Notes under the pieces: generated by a model
What the model saw: only the letters and a program-made list of their open reading frames with translations
Database searches by the model: none
What the model was told of the DNA's origin: nothing
Translations under genes and position numbers: made by a program
In this document: positions 1-9,107 of the stretch, one piece after another
Layout of the letters: the number at the start of each line of letters is the position of its first letter
Position numbering within the stretch: position 1 is the stretch's first letter
Virus record (IMG/VR): IMGVR_UViG_3300011921_000002
Location: 1 to 39,374 of that record
DNA length: 39,374 nt
From: a virus
Direction: 5' to 3' (one strand)

Positions 1-77
1 TGGCGCCCATTGCCTGGGCCTCAGACCATTGCGTACGAAAGCCAGGCCGACATCATTGGCTACGGCGGCGCGGCGGG
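1..77. repeat. Terminal direct repeat, identical to 39298-39374 (circular-assembly overlap)
   Basis: All 77 nt match 39298-39374 when compared base by base. The repeat lies inside the terminase ORF and keeps it in frame. Confidence 0.95.
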
Positions 78-1440
78 TGGTGGCAAGACTGACCTGGCCT
101 GCGGCAAGGCATTGACCAGCCATCGCAAGGTCGGCATCTTTCGATTGAACGGCACCGAGTTGACCGGCGTGCTGGACCGCATCACCGAACTGCTTGGTGG
201 CCGCAATGGCTACAACGGCAAGGACAATATCTGGCGGACCAGGCGCGTCGATGGCGTGCCCATCCAGGTCGAGTTCGGATCGTTCCCAAACCCAGACGAC
301 GAGAAGAAGTACCAGGGCCGACCGCATGACCTGCTGGTGTTTGATGAGGCCGCGAACATGCGCGAGTCTGCCGTGCGCTTCCTGCTTGGTTGGTTGCGTA
401 CCACTGTGCCTGGCCAGAAGTGCCAAGCCTTGCTGACATTCAACCCGCCGACCACAGCCGAGGGCCGCTGGATCATCCAATTCTTTGCGCCCTGGCTGGA
501 CAAGAAGCACCCCAACCCGGCTGAGCCTGGCGAACTGCGCTACTTCGCGACGGTCGACGGCAAGGATGTCGAGGTCGATTCGGGTAAACCCTTTACTCAC
601 AACGGTGAAGTGATCACGCCGCTCTCGCGCACCTTCATCCCCTCACGAATCAGTGATAACCCTTACTTGATGGGGACAGGCTACATGGCACAACTTCAAT
701 CACTACCCGAGCCACTGCGCTCACAGATGCTCTATGGCGACTTCCAGGCAGGCATGGAGGACGATCCCTGGCAGGTGGTGCCCACGGCATGGGCAGAGGC
801 CGCTATGGCCCGCTGGAAGCGTCCTGACAAGCTGGCGCCGATGGACAGCATGGGCGTCGATGTGGCCCGAGGCGGCAAAGACAACACGATCCTGGCCAGA
901 CGCCATGGCATGTGGTTCGATGAGGCACTGGCCTACCCTGGCACAGCCACACCCGATGGCCCGACGATCGCTGGCCTGGTGGTGTCTGCACTGCGTGACC
1001 GCGCCCCGATCCACATCGATGTGATTGGCGTCGGGTCCAGCCCGTATGACTTCCTGAACGAGATGGGCCAGCAGGTGCTGGGCGTCAATGTGGCCGAGTC
1101 AGCCCTGGGCCTGGACAAGTCTGGGCGCCTGCGCTTCAAGAACCAACGATCCGAACTGTGGTGGCGCATGCGTGAGGCGCTCGACCCAGCCAACAACACC
1201 GGCATTGCGTTGCCACCAGATCAACGCCTGCTGGCTGACTTGTGCGCACCGACCTGGAAACTGGTGGGCCAGACCGTGGCCGTGGCCAGCCGTGAAGAGA
1301 TCCTCGACAAGATCGGGCGATCACCTGACTACGCCTCGGCCTACTGCCTGGCACTGATGGACACGCCCAAGCGATCAATCATGCAGGAACTGGGCCGCTA
1401 CAACAAGAGGGAAGAGTATGACCCGTACAGCAAACTTTGA
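1..1440 (+). CDS. terL: Terminase large subunit, 3' portion (gene starts at 39205 on the circular map)
   Basis: The frame is open from base 1. Walker-A-like GYGGAAGGGKTD lies at 58-93 and LLVFDEA (Walker B-like) follows. Total size is about 510 aa and it sits directly after TerS. Confidence 0.9.
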   Translation, partial: WRPLPGPQTIAYESQADIIGYGGAAGGGKTDLACGKALTSHRKVGIFRLNGTELTGVLDRITELLGGRNGYNGKDNIWRTRRVDGVPIQVEFGSFPNPDDEKKYQGRPHDLLVFDEAANMRESAVRFLLGWLRTTVPGQKCQALLTFNPPTTAEGRWIIQFFAPWLDKKHPNPAEPGELRYFATVDGKDVEVDSGKPFTHNGEVITPLSRTFIPSRISDNPYLMGTGYMAQLQSLPEPLRSQMLYGDFQAGMEDDPWQVVPTAWAEAAMARWKRPDKLAPMDSMGVDVARGGKDNTILARRHGMWFDEALAYPGTATPDGPTIAGLVVSALRDRAPIHIDVIGVGSSPYDFLNEMGQQVLGVNVAESALGLDKSGRLRFKNQRSELWWRMREALDPANNTGIALPPDQRLLADLCAPTWKLVGQTVAVASREEILDKIGRSPDYASAYCLALMDTPKRSIMQELGRYNKREEYDPYSKL

Positions 1441-2044
1441 GCGCGTGGCCACCGGCATCGATGTCCAGCCCTTGTTGGCCAGGCTTGAGGCCATGCCGCA
1501 CTTGTGGGACGAGATCACCGCACGCCAGGAGTACACCGGCACGGCACATAAAGACACACATTGCATCTATCCGCGTGGGCCGCTGAAGTTCACGCCCTAC
1601 TTTTACATGTTCGACACTGGCGCGTATGACTACCCGGTCATGGACACGCTGGCCGATGTCTTGGTCCCGATCCTGCGGCCACTGCTCACCGATGTGCTCA
1701 AGGTCGAAGAGTTGGGTCGCGTGCTCATTGTCAAACTCAGGCCTGGTGGCATCATCACGCCGCACATTGACGAGGGCACCTATGCCGACCACTATGCCCG
1801 CTTTCATGTGGCCGTCACTGGCACAGACAAGGCGACGCTGACAGCAGGCGACGAGACGCATCACATCGCACCTGGTGAGGCATGGTGGTTTGATCACAAG
1901 GTCAGACACTCAGCGCGAAACGACGGCGATACCGACCGCATACACATCATCATCGACGCGGTCACGCCGCTCTTCCCGATGCGCAAGGTACCCGTATCCG
2001 ATAATGTAGCCACTACTGTGGCGTCAATAGTGGGGAACCCATGA
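1418..2044 (+). CDS. Aspartyl/asparaginyl beta-hydroxylase-like (cupin, Fe/2OG) dioxygenase
   Basis: 208 aa. PGGIITPHIDEG...ARFHVAV...GEAWWFDHKVRHSARNDG..DRIHIIID matches the HxD...H pattern of the Asp/Asn hydroxylase (LpxO-type) family. The start overlaps the terL 3' end. Confidence 0.75.
   Translation: MTRTANFERVATGIDVQPLLARLEAMPHLWDEITARQEYTGTAHKDTHCIYPRGPLKFTPYFYMFDTGAYDYPVMDTLADVLVPILRPLLTDVLKVEELGRVLIVKLRPGGIITPHIDEGTYADHYARFHVAVTGTDKATLTAGDETHHIAPGEAWWFDHKVRHSARNDGDTDRIHIIIDAVTPLFPMRKVPVSDNVATTVASIVGNP
1987..1999 (+). repeat. GGTACCCGTATCC motif, copy 1 (inside the 3' end of the hydroxylase gene, 42 nt before the GNAT start)
   Basis: Exact 13-mer shared with 5608-5620 and 23204-23216. 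It is followed by GATAAT. Confidence 0.8.
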
Positions 2045-2490
2045 CTGAAATCCGACTTTCGAATGTCGATGAGATGCTTGCGAATGCAAGTGAATTGTTC
2101 TCAGAACACTGGGAAGAGATTGCCCTGAACAAGCAGGTGATGGTGCTCAAGCCCGATGAGGCAAAGTACCGAGCCGCAGAGGCCAACGGCATGCTGTTGA
2201 TCCTCGCCGCTTTTGAGGGCGAAAAGGTTGTGGGTTACTCGGTGAATATCGTGACGAATCATCTTCACTATGCCGACCTCATAACATGTAGCAACGACTT
2301 GCTCTTTGTGACTGAAGGCAAGAGGAGTGGCCGACTTGGACTGCAACTGATCCGTGCAACGGAGAAGGCGGCAAAAGAGCGCGGCGCCCGTCTGATGCTG
2401 TGGCATGCCAAACAAGGCACGCCGCTGGAGAAGATGATGCCTCGCCTTGGTTACGGTGTGCAGGACATTATCTTCAGTATTCAGATCTAA
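2041..2490 (+). CDS. GNAT-family N-acetyltransferase
   Basis: 149 aa. It has a beta-strand/VTEGKRSGRLGLQLIRATEKAAKERGA acetyl-CoA-binding-like motif (R/Q-x-x-G-x-G/A). ATGA start/stop overlap with the upstream gene. Confidence 0.8.
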   Translation: MTEIRLSNVDEMLANASELFSEHWEEIALNKQVMVLKPDEAKYRAAEANGMLLILAAFEGEKVVGYSVNIVTNHLHYADLITCSNDLLFVTEGKRSGRLGLQLIRATEKAAKERGARLMLWHAKQGTPLEKMMPRLGYGVQDIIFSIQI

Positions 2491-2501
2491 AGGAGATCAT
2501 C

Positions 2502-2825
2502 ATGGGTGTAACAGCGGCAGTGGCGGCAGTAGTCGGAACCACATATGCGGTCTACAGTGGCGAGCAAGCCAAGGACCGACAGAAGGATGCAATGCGCCAG
2601 CAAGAGGTAGCGCAGACGCAACAGTTGACGCAAGCCAAAGAGGCGGCGGCGACTTCACAGCAAAACATCAACAAGGCAAACCAACGCCGACCAGACACGC
2701 AGGCTGTAATGGCTGATGCTGAAATGGGCGCAGGCGGTGGCCAAAGCGGCACGATGCTGACTGGTCCGCAGGGCATCGACCCTCAACAGTTGGCGCTCGG
2801 CAAAAACACACTTCTCGGCGGTTAA
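2502..2825 (+). CDS. Small protein with N-terminal hydrophobic helix and Gln-rich tail (probable virion/portal-associated protein)
   Basis: AGGAG at 2491-2495 lies 6 nt before ATG 2502. Sequence is MGVTAAVAAVVGTTYAVY... then a polar Q/A-rich region. It sits immediately upstream of the portal gene. Confidence 0.6.
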   Translation: MGVTAAVAAVVGTTYAVYSGEQAKDRQKDAMRQQEVAQTQQLTQAKEAAATSQQNINKANQRRPDTQAVMADAEMGAGGGQSGTMLTGPQGIDPQQLALGKNTLLGG

Positions 2826-2828
2826 ACC

Positions 2829-4532
2829 ATGAGTCAATTCCCCAGCGACGCACAGTCGTATGCAAACGCCCCAGAACGGGACAAACTGTTCACGCGCTGG
2901 GGTCAACTCAAGTCGGAGCGTGCATCCTGGTGGGCGCACTGGCAAGAGATCACAACCTACCTGTTGCCACGCAATGGCCGATACTTCGTCCAGGACCGTG
3001 ACAAAGGATGGCGCCGTCACAACAACATCTACGACAACACCGGCACACGCTCACTGCGCGTGCTAGGCGCTGGCATGATGGCTGGTGCAACAAGCCCAGC
3101 ACGACCATGGTTCCGTCTGGCCACAGCAGACCCTGAACTCAACAAGTATCAGCCGGTCAAGGTGTGGCTCGATGACACCACGCGTCGCATGCAGATGGTG
3201 TTCCAGCGGTCCAACACATACCGCGCAATGCATCAGATGTACGAGGAACTCGGCGCATTTGGTACAGGCGCATCGATCGTCTTGCCTGACTTTCAAAACA
3301 TCATCCATCACTACCCGCTGACAACTGGCGAGTATTGCATCGCGACCAACTACCAGGGCACAGTCAACACGCTGTACCGTGAGTACGAGAAGACCGTTGC
3401 AGAGGTGGTGCAAGAGTTCGGGCGCGAGAACTGCTCGACCACTGTGCGCAACATGTTTGACCGTGGCTCTCTTGATGCCTGGGTGCCAATCATCCATGCC
3501 ATCGAACCACGCGCAGACCGCGACACACGCAAGCGCGACAACATGAACATGCCGTTTGCGTCGTACCACTTTGAGGTGGGCGGCGACAACAACAAGTTCC
3601 TGCGCGAGTCTGGCTTCAAGATGTTCCCGGCACTTGCTCCACGCTGGGCCACTGCTGGTGGTGACATCTACGGCAACAGCCCTGGCATGGAAGCATTGGG
3701 CGACATCAAGCAATTGCAACACGAGCAACTGCGCAAAGCCCAAGCGATCGACTACCAGGTCAAGCCACCGCTCCAGGTGCCGACCTCGATGAAGAACCGC
3801 GATGTAGAAACACTGCCTGGCGGCGTCTCGTTTGTCGATGCCAACTCACCAACCGGTGGCATTCGCTCTGCGTTTGAAGTCAACCTCAACTTGCAGTACC
3901 TGCTCAACGACATCCAAGACTGCCGCGACCGCGTTCGTGGTGCGTTCTATGCTGACTTGTTCTTGATGCTGGCCAACGCAACCGACACACGCATGACAGC
4001 AACCGAAGTGGCCGAGCGTCACGAAGAGAAACTGCTCATGCTTGGCCCAGTGCTCGAGCGTTTGCACAACGAGTTGCTGTCTCCATTGATCGACATGACA
4101 TTCACTCGCATGGTCGAGGCTGGCGTGCTATTGCCACCGCCTCCAGAACTGCAAGGCATGGAGTTGTCGGTCGAGTTCGTCTCGATGCTGGCGCAGGCAC
4201 AGCGTGCCATTGGCACCAACAGCGTTGACCGATTCGTCGGCAACCTGGGCGTCGTGGCTAACATGAAGCCAGAGGTGCTCGACAAGTTCAACAGCGACGC
4301 ATGGGCCGATGCCTATGCCGACATGCTTGGCGTCGACCCCAACATCCTGGTGGGCGGCGAGCAAGTCGCAATGATTCGCGGCGCACGCAATGAAGCACTC
4401 GCGGCCAAAGAGCAACAAGCCGCAATGCATCAGCAAGCGCTGATCGCCAAGGATCTCTCACAAACACAGACGACAGAGCCAAGCGCACTGACCAATGTGA
4501 TCGATATGTTCTCCGGATACAACACACCCTGA
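2829..4532 (+). CDS. Portal (head-to-tail connector) protein
   Basis: 567 aa, first large ORF after terL. The N-terminal WWAHWQEITTYLLPRNGRYF segment is typical of podovirus connector proteins as I recall them. Confidence 0.8.
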   Translation: MSQFPSDAQSYANAPERDKLFTRWGQLKSERASWWAHWQEITTYLLPRNGRYFVQDRDKGWRRHNNIYDNTGTRSLRVLGAGMMAGATSPARPWFRLATADPELNKYQPVKVWLDDTTRRMQMVFQRSNTYRAMHQMYEELGAFGTGASIVLPDFQNIIHHYPLTTGEYCIATNYQGTVNTLYREYEKTVAEVVQEFGRENCSTTVRNMFDRGSLDAWVPIIHAIEPRADRDTRKRDNMNMPFASYHFEVGGDNNKFLRESGFKMFPALAPRWATAGGDIYGNSPGMEALGDIKQLQHEQLRKAQAIDYQVKPPLQVPTSMKNRDVETLPGGVSFVDANSPTGGIRSAFEVNLNLQYLLNDIQDCRDRVRGAFYADLFLMLANATDTRMTATEVAERHEEKLLMLGPVLERLHNELLSPLIDMTFTRMVEAGVLLPPPPELQGMELSVEFVSMLAQAQRAIGTNSVDRFVGNLGVVANMKPEVLDKFNSDAWADAYADMLGVDPNILVGGEQVAMIRGARNEALAAKEQQAAMHQQALIAKDLSQTQTTEPSALTNVIDMFSGYNTP

Positions 4533-4543
4533 AAGGAATAGCC

Positions 4544-4870
4544 ATGCCAATGATCAACATGCAAAAGCCCGCCGAGCGCGAAGAGATGCCAGGCGAATAC
4601 GAAGCAGACGAGCCGCGTTACCCGTACGGCCTATGCATCAGCCTGGGCAAAGACGAACTTGAGAAGCTGGGCATCACCGTATTGCCGAAGGTTGGCACTG
4701 AGATGACCATCATGGCCAAGGCTTATGTCAAGATGACTCGTGCATACGAGACTCAAGGCGAAGGCGAAGACATGGGCATTGAGTTGCAGATCACAGACAT
4801 GGAGATCCAGGGCAACCAGCAACAGCGCAACGCGGAAGCATCCACCATGCTCTACGGTTCAGGCGAGTAA
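4544..4870 (+). CDS. Acidic head-module protein of unknown function
   Basis: 108 aa with an RYPYGLCISLGKDELEKLGI motif seen in small conserved phage head-module proteins. AAAGGA lies upstream. Confidence 0.55.
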   Translation: MPMINMQKPAEREEMPGEYEADEPRYPYGLCISLGKDELEKLGITVLPKVGTEMTIMAKAYVKMTRAYETQGEGEDMGIELQITDMEIQGNQQQRNAEASTMLYGSGE

Positions 4871-4872
4871 TC

Positions 4873-5040
4873 ATGCCAGGACCAGGCTTGTGGGCCAACA
4901 TCCACGCCAAGCGTAAGCGCATCGAGGCGGGTTCAGGTGAGCGCATGCGCAAGCCTGGCGAAGAGGGTGCGCCAACTCGCAAGGACTTCAAAGAGTCTGC
5001 GGCTGAGAAGCTGTACGGCAAAGACAAGGACAAGAAATGA
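4873..5040 (+). CDS. Small basic conserved phage protein (55 aa, below the ORF-track cutoff)
   Basis: My own translation: MPGPGLWANIHAKRKRIEAGSGERMRKPGEEGAPTRKDFKESAAEKLYGKDKDKK. It fills the gap exactly, and its TGA overlaps the next ATG (ATGA). Confidence 0.55.
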   Translation: MPGPGLWANIHAKRKRIEAGSGERMRKPGEEGAPTRKDFKESAAEKLYGKDKDKK

Positions 5041-5606
5041 GCGCACGCCAAAAGTACCAGGGCGCCCCCTGGCTGTATGACGAGACGACCGGCGACATCG
5101 TCGGGGTCAAAGATCCTGACGGGTCTGAGTTCTACTTCCAGCGTGCCCCGTACTATGGCCTGTTCTTGGACACAACCAACCAGACCGGCAACACCAGTGG
5201 GTCTGCAATGTCGTTCAACACAGCCGCCATCCAGCAGGGTGTGCGTTTGGTTGAAAGCACCAAGATCTATGCCGACCGCAGTGCTATCTACAACTGGCAA
5301 CTGTCAACGCACCTGCACAACACCGACAGCCAAGCCCATTACTTTGAACTGTGGGGCAAGAAGAACGGCCTCGACATCCCGAACAGCCGGTTCAAGTATT
5401 CAGTGCCAAGCAGTCACGGTGGCCAGGCCGGTACCATCATTCCAAGCCAGAACTTTTTCATCGACATGAATGCTGGCGACTATGTCGAGATCTACTGGGC
5501 ACGCGATAACGCAGGCATCAGCATTGCCTACCATGGCCCAGAAACATCACCGGCCAAACCAGCCGCACCATCTTTGTTGCTGACCGTCAGTGAAGTAGCG
5601 GCATGA
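5037..5606 (+). CDS. Head-module protein with C1q/TNF-like jelly-roll signature (possible decoration/adhesin)
   Basis: 189 aa. YFELWGKKNGLDIPNS...FFIDMNAGDYVEIYW resembles the C1q-like strand pattern. This assignment is tentative. Confidence 0.5.
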   Translation: MSARQKYQGAPWLYDETTGDIVGVKDPDGSEFYFQRAPYYGLFLDTTNQTGNTSGSAMSFNTAAIQQGVRLVESTKIYADRSAIYNWQLSTHLHNTDSQAHYFELWGKKNGLDIPNSRFKYSVPSSHGGQAGTIIPSQNFFIDMNAGDYVEIYWARDNAGISIAYHGPETSPAKPAAPSLLLTVSEVAA

Positions 5607-5607
5607 G

Positions 5608-5620
5608 GGTACCCGTATCC
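5608..5620 (+). repeat. GGTACCCGTATCC motif, copy 2 (1 nt after the stop at 5604-5606)
   Basis: Exact 13-mer, intergenic, 26 nt upstream of ATG 5647. Confidence 0.8.
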
Positions 5621-5646
5621 AAATGTGCAGTCGTTAGATTGGCGCC

Positions 5647-5997
5647 ATGAGCAAAGAATTTGACCCGATCGATTTGCGTGGGCAAGAGCGTGCAAAGTCC
5701 GACAAGGACATGCGCGAAAAACTAGCCCGCGAAAACGAGGAGGCGGACATCAAGTGGCTCATGGGTAGCAAGAGGGGGCGTCGTGTAGTGTGGCGCCTTA
5801 TGGACCAATCCGGCGTGTTCCGGCTGTCGTTCAATACCAACTCGATGCAAATGGCATTCGCAGAAGGTAACAGGAACTTCGGCAATCGCATGCTCGCGAT
5901 GATTCACTCTCTGTGCCCTGAGTTATATCCACAAATGGTAAAGGAGCAATCCAATGACAGAATCGCTGATGACGGATCAAGCCGCAACGACCACTGA
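5647..5997 (+). CDS. Bbp19-like head-module protein
   Basis: 116 aa. GRRVVWRLMDQSGVF...AFAEGNRNFGNRMLAMI....PELYPQM resembles the small protein conserved upstream of the scaffold in BPP-1-type phages. Confidence 0.55.
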   Translation: MSKEFDPIDLRGQERAKSDKDMREKLARENEEADIKWLMGSKRGRRVVWRLMDQSGVFRLSFNTNSMQMAFAEGNRNFGNRMLAMIHSLCPELYPQMVKEQSNDRIADDGSSRNDH

Positions 5998-6634
5998 AGG
6001 CACGCCCGCATCGCAAGACGCCTCGAGCACACAACCGACGGGTAGTGAGCAACAGGCATCACAGCAACAGGCTGACGGTACGCAGAACCAGCAGGCTGGC
6101 CAGGATGGCCAGAAGACTGGCAATACCGAAGGTGATCAGAACGGTGACAAGGCCCAGGCCAAAGCACCGGAAGTGTACGAATTCAAAGCCGGAGAAGGCC
6201 GCGAGTTCGACCCCGAGGTGCTCAAGTCATTCTCGGAAATCGCCAAGGAATTGGATCTGCCGCAAGACGCCGCGCAAAAAGTGCTGGACAAAGTCGCACC
6301 AAAGATCTTGGAGCGTCAGATGCAAGCACTGGAAACTGCTCGTAATGAGTGGGCCGAATCTGCTCGCACCGACAAGGAATTCGGGGGTGACAAACTCAAC
6401 GATAACCTGGTCGTGGCGAAGAAAGCACTCGACTCATTTGGCACGCCAGAACTGCGCAAGTTGTTAAACGAGTCCGGCCTGGGCAATCATCCGGAGATGA
6501 TCCGCATGATGTATCGGGCAGGAAAAGCAATCAGTGAGGATCGCTTTGTTGGCGGCACTCGAGGTGGTCAGAAATCTGGCCCCAAGGGTTTCAACGACTT
6601 GGCATCAGCGCTTTATTCAAATCAGCAATCTTAA
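5954..6634 (+). CDS. Scaffolding protein
   Basis: 226 aa. AAGGAG at 5941-5946 lies 7 nt before the ATG. The N-terminus is low-complexity Q/T/G-rich, followed by a helical charged region. It sits directly upstream of the capsid gene. Confidence 0.7.
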   Translation: MTESLMTDQAATTTEGTPASQDASSTQPTGSEQQASQQQADGTQNQQAGQDGQKTGNTEGDQNGDKAQAKAPEVYEFKAGEGREFDPEVLKSFSEIAKELDLPQDAAQKVLDKVAPKILERQMQALETARNEWAESARTDKEFGGDKLNDNLVVAKKALDSFGTPELRKLLNESGLGNHPEMIRMMYRAGKAISEDRFVGGTRGGQKSGPKGFNDLASALYSNQQS

Positions 6635-6647
6635 ATAGGAGTCCATC

Positions 6648-7667
6648 ATGGCTACTTTGTCGAACAACTCTCTCACCCTGGCCGATTGGGCCAAACGCGT
6701 CGACCCGGACGGTCGAGTTCCCGTCGTTGCAGAACTGCTTTCGCAGAGCAACGAAATCTTGGAAGACTGCGTGTTCAAGGAAGGCAACCTGCCTACCGGC
6801 GAGCGCGTGGTAATCCGTACTGGCTTGCCTACTGTTTACTGGCGTGCCCTGAACCAAGGTATTCCATCGAGCAAATCGACCACTGCACAAGTGGACGAGG
6901 CTTGCGGTATTTTGGAAGCCCGCTCTGAAGTGGACAAAGACTTGGCAATGTTGAACGGCAACACCGCTCAATTCCGCCTGTCTGAAGACACTGCATTCTT
7001 GGAAGCAATGAACCAGACTCAAGCCACGACTTTGTTCTACGGCAACCCTGGTGTTGATCCAAAGCAGTTCCTTGGCCTTGCCGCTCGCTACAGCGACAGC
7101 ACTGCCGCCAACGGTCAGAACATTCTGAAGGCCGGTGGTTCTGGTTCTGACAACACATCGATCTACTTGGTCGTGTGGGGTGACAACACTGTGTACTGCC
7201 CGTTCCCTAAAGGTTCGAAGGCTGGCTTGATTCACGAAGACCTCGGTGAGCAAACCGTTTACAACAGTGACGGCACTCGCATGCAGGCTTTGGCAACTCG
7301 CTACCAGTGGAAGAACGGTCTTGTTGTGAAAGACTGGCGTTATGTGGTTCGCATCGCAAACATCGATGTGAGCGACTTGATTGCCCAGACTGGCACGCAA
7401 GCACCTACTGCCGCAACCGCGATCATCAAGCTGATGGCTCGCTCTTTGTACCGCATCCCTAACATGGCTATGGGCCGTGCCGCGTTCTACATGAACCGCA
7501 CTGTTCACTCTGGTCTGTCGATTGCGGCTTTGGACAAGAGCCAGTATGTCTTGAAGATCAATGAAGGTCTGAGCCAGTTCGGTATGCCTTACTCTTGGCT
7601 GTCGTTCCTCGGAGTTCCGCTCCGTCGCGTTGACGCTATCCTCAACACCGAAGCGGCCATTTCCTAA
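6648..7667 (+). CDS. Major capsid protein (HK97-fold, BPP-1/epsilon15-like type)
   Basis: 339 aa. TAGGAG lies 6 nt upstream. Position is after the scaffold. The strongest codon bias in the window is seen here. Confidence 0.85.
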   Translation: MATLSNNSLTLADWAKRVDPDGRVPVVAELLSQSNEILEDCVFKEGNLPTGERVVIRTGLPTVYWRALNQGIPSSKSTTAQVDEACGILEARSEVDKDLAMLNGNTAQFRLSEDTAFLEAMNQTQATTLFYGNPGVDPKQFLGLAARYSDSTAANGQNILKAGGSGSDNTSIYLVVWGDNTVYCPFPKGSKAGLIHEDLGEQTVYNSDGTRMQALATRYQWKNGLVVKDWRYVVRIANIDVSDLIAQTGTQAPTAATAIIKLMARSLYRIPNMAMGRAAFYMNRTVHSGLSIAALDKSQYVLKINEGLSQFGMPYSWLSFLGVPLRRVDAILNTEAAIS

Positions 7668-7698
7668 TTGGTCAATTTAACTCTGAAAGGAACACATC

Positions 7699-8133
7699 AT
7701 GATTACCGATAAACTGCTCCGCGTCTCTACTGACCAAGCCGTGACCACAACCGCTGTGTCGACCGATACGATCGACCTGTCTGTTGCTCGCGACATGGGC
7801 GAAGGTGGCGACCTTTACATGAACTTCGCAATGACCGAGGCTTTCGCAGGTGGTACTTCTACCAACTTCGAAATCATCATCGCTGACAACGCCGCTCTGT
7901 CGAGCAATGTCGTGGTGATCGGCGCTTCTGGCGCGATCGTGACTGCTGATCTGACTCTTGGCAAGAATGTTGCCGTGCGTTTGAATCCGCAAATCGCATC
8001 GCTTGGTAAGCGTTACTTGGGCGCTCGCTACACCGTGTCTGGCACTAACACTGCTGGTAAGGTTGTTGCGGACATCGTTATGGATGTTCAGGACGGCAAG
8101 AAGTTCTACGCATCTGGCTTCACCGTAATCTAA
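7699..8133 (+). CDS. Capsid cement/decoration protein (Bbp16-like)
   Basis: 144 aa, beta-rich, immediately after the capsid gene. The N-terminus MITDKLLRVSTDQAVTTTAVSTDTIDL is typical of this family as I recall it. Confidence 0.6.
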   Translation: MITDKLLRVSTDQAVTTTAVSTDTIDLSVARDMGEGGDLYMNFAMTEAFAGGTSTNFEIIIADNAALSSNVVVIGASGAIVTADLTLGKNVAVRLNPQIASLGKRYLGARYTVSGTNTAGKVVADIVMDVQDGKKFYASGFTVI

Positions 8134-8148
8134 TAAGGAGAATTACAC

Positions 8149-8346
8149 ATGCCTAAATACCGCGTCACCGCACCTTGCTTTGTCAACAACGGCTTTCGTA
8201 ATGAAGGCGAGATCGTCGACTATGATGGTCCTGCTGGATCTGCGCTGGTTCCTATCGATGACGAAGGCAACGAGGCCAAGGCCGACACCTCTGCAAAGAA
8301 GTGGACACCGAAAGCCAAGCGCGGCGCTGATGAAGGCTCCGTGTAA
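8149..8346 (+). CDS. Hypothetical small head-module protein
   Basis: 65 aa. AAGGAG lies upstream of the ATG. It is the last ORF before the terminator. Confidence 0.5.
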   Translation: MPKYRVTAPCFVNNGFRNEGEIVDYDGPAGSALVPIDDEGNEAKADTSAKKWTPKAKRGADEGSV

Positions 8347-8373
8347 TCCTTCCTGATTGGAAGCCGTAAGTCA

Positions 8374-8408
8374 CGGGGGGCCGCTGGGAAACCACGGTCC
8401 CCTTTTTA
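8374..8408 (+). terminator. Rho-independent terminator/attenuator after the capsid genes
   Basis: GGGGGGCCG (8375-8383) pairs with CGGTCCCC (8395-8402), with one mismatch. A TTTTT run follows at 8403-8407. Confidence 0.7.
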
Positions 8409-8421
8409 CATTTAGGAGGCC

Positions 8422-9105
8422 ATGATGGCATCAGTTGTCGACATCTGTAACCTTGCGCTGGCGCACCTCGGCGACAACGCCACCATCGCAAGCATTGATC
8501 CACCTGAAGGATCTGCGCAGGCAGAACACTGCCAACGCTTTTATCCAATTGCTCGAGACACTTTGCTCGAGATGCACAGTTGGTCTTTTTCAACTAAACG
8601 GGCATATGGCGCTGAAGTGGAAAACTCATGGCCAATGTGGCAGTACGCCTACTCCATGCCAAACGATGCATCCGACATCATTGCTGTGTTGCCGCCCGAA
8701 GCACGCGACGACTACAGCACGACATTCACACCGGAAACCTACCCTGACTTTTACACAAACTATTCGCCGTCTGTTGCCGCTGGCCAGTATGTGCCGCAGA
8801 AGTTTGCAGTCGAGATTGCGTCCGATGGATCAGAAATTATTCTGACCAACCAGAACCAAGCTGTCCTGCGATACCACGCAAAGATCACTGACCCAACCAA
8901 GTTCTCTCCATTGTTCACGGTCACTTTGTCGTGGCACTTGGCATCGATGCTTGCTGGTCCTGTGATCAAGGGTGACCAGGGCGCCGCAGAAGCCAAGCGA
9001 TGCATCACCATGATGAACTTGTATCTTGGCAAAGCAATGGAGGCTGACTCCAATTCACGCCAGATCAAGCCAGAGCACATCGTGTCTTGGATCGCAGGGA
9101 GATAA
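8422..9105 (+). CDS. Head-tail adaptor / tail tubular protein A (T7 gp11-like)
   Basis: 227 aa. The N-terminus VVDICNLALAHLGDNATIASI is typical of podovirus adaptors. AGGAGG lies upstream. Confidence 0.7.
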   Translation: MMASVVDICNLALAHLGDNATIASIDPPEGSAQAEHCQRFYPIARDTLLEMHSWSFSTKRAYGAEVENSWPMWQYAYSMPNDASDIIAVLPPEARDDYSTTFTPETYPDFYTNYSPSVAAGQYVPQKFAVEIASDGSEIILTNQNQAVLRYHAKITDPTKFSPLFTVTLSWHLASMLAGPVIKGDQGAAEAKRCITMMNLYLGKAMEADSNSRQIKPEHIVSWIAGR

Positions 9106-9107
9106 GC

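Noticed and set aside
6591-7508. 305-aa ORF on the - strand opposite the major capsid gene
   Set aside because: It is antisense to the most strongly biased coding region in the window and has off-frame-type composition. The same reasoning applies to 20846..21754, 16280..17122, 3063..3743 and 19520..20092 on the - strand.
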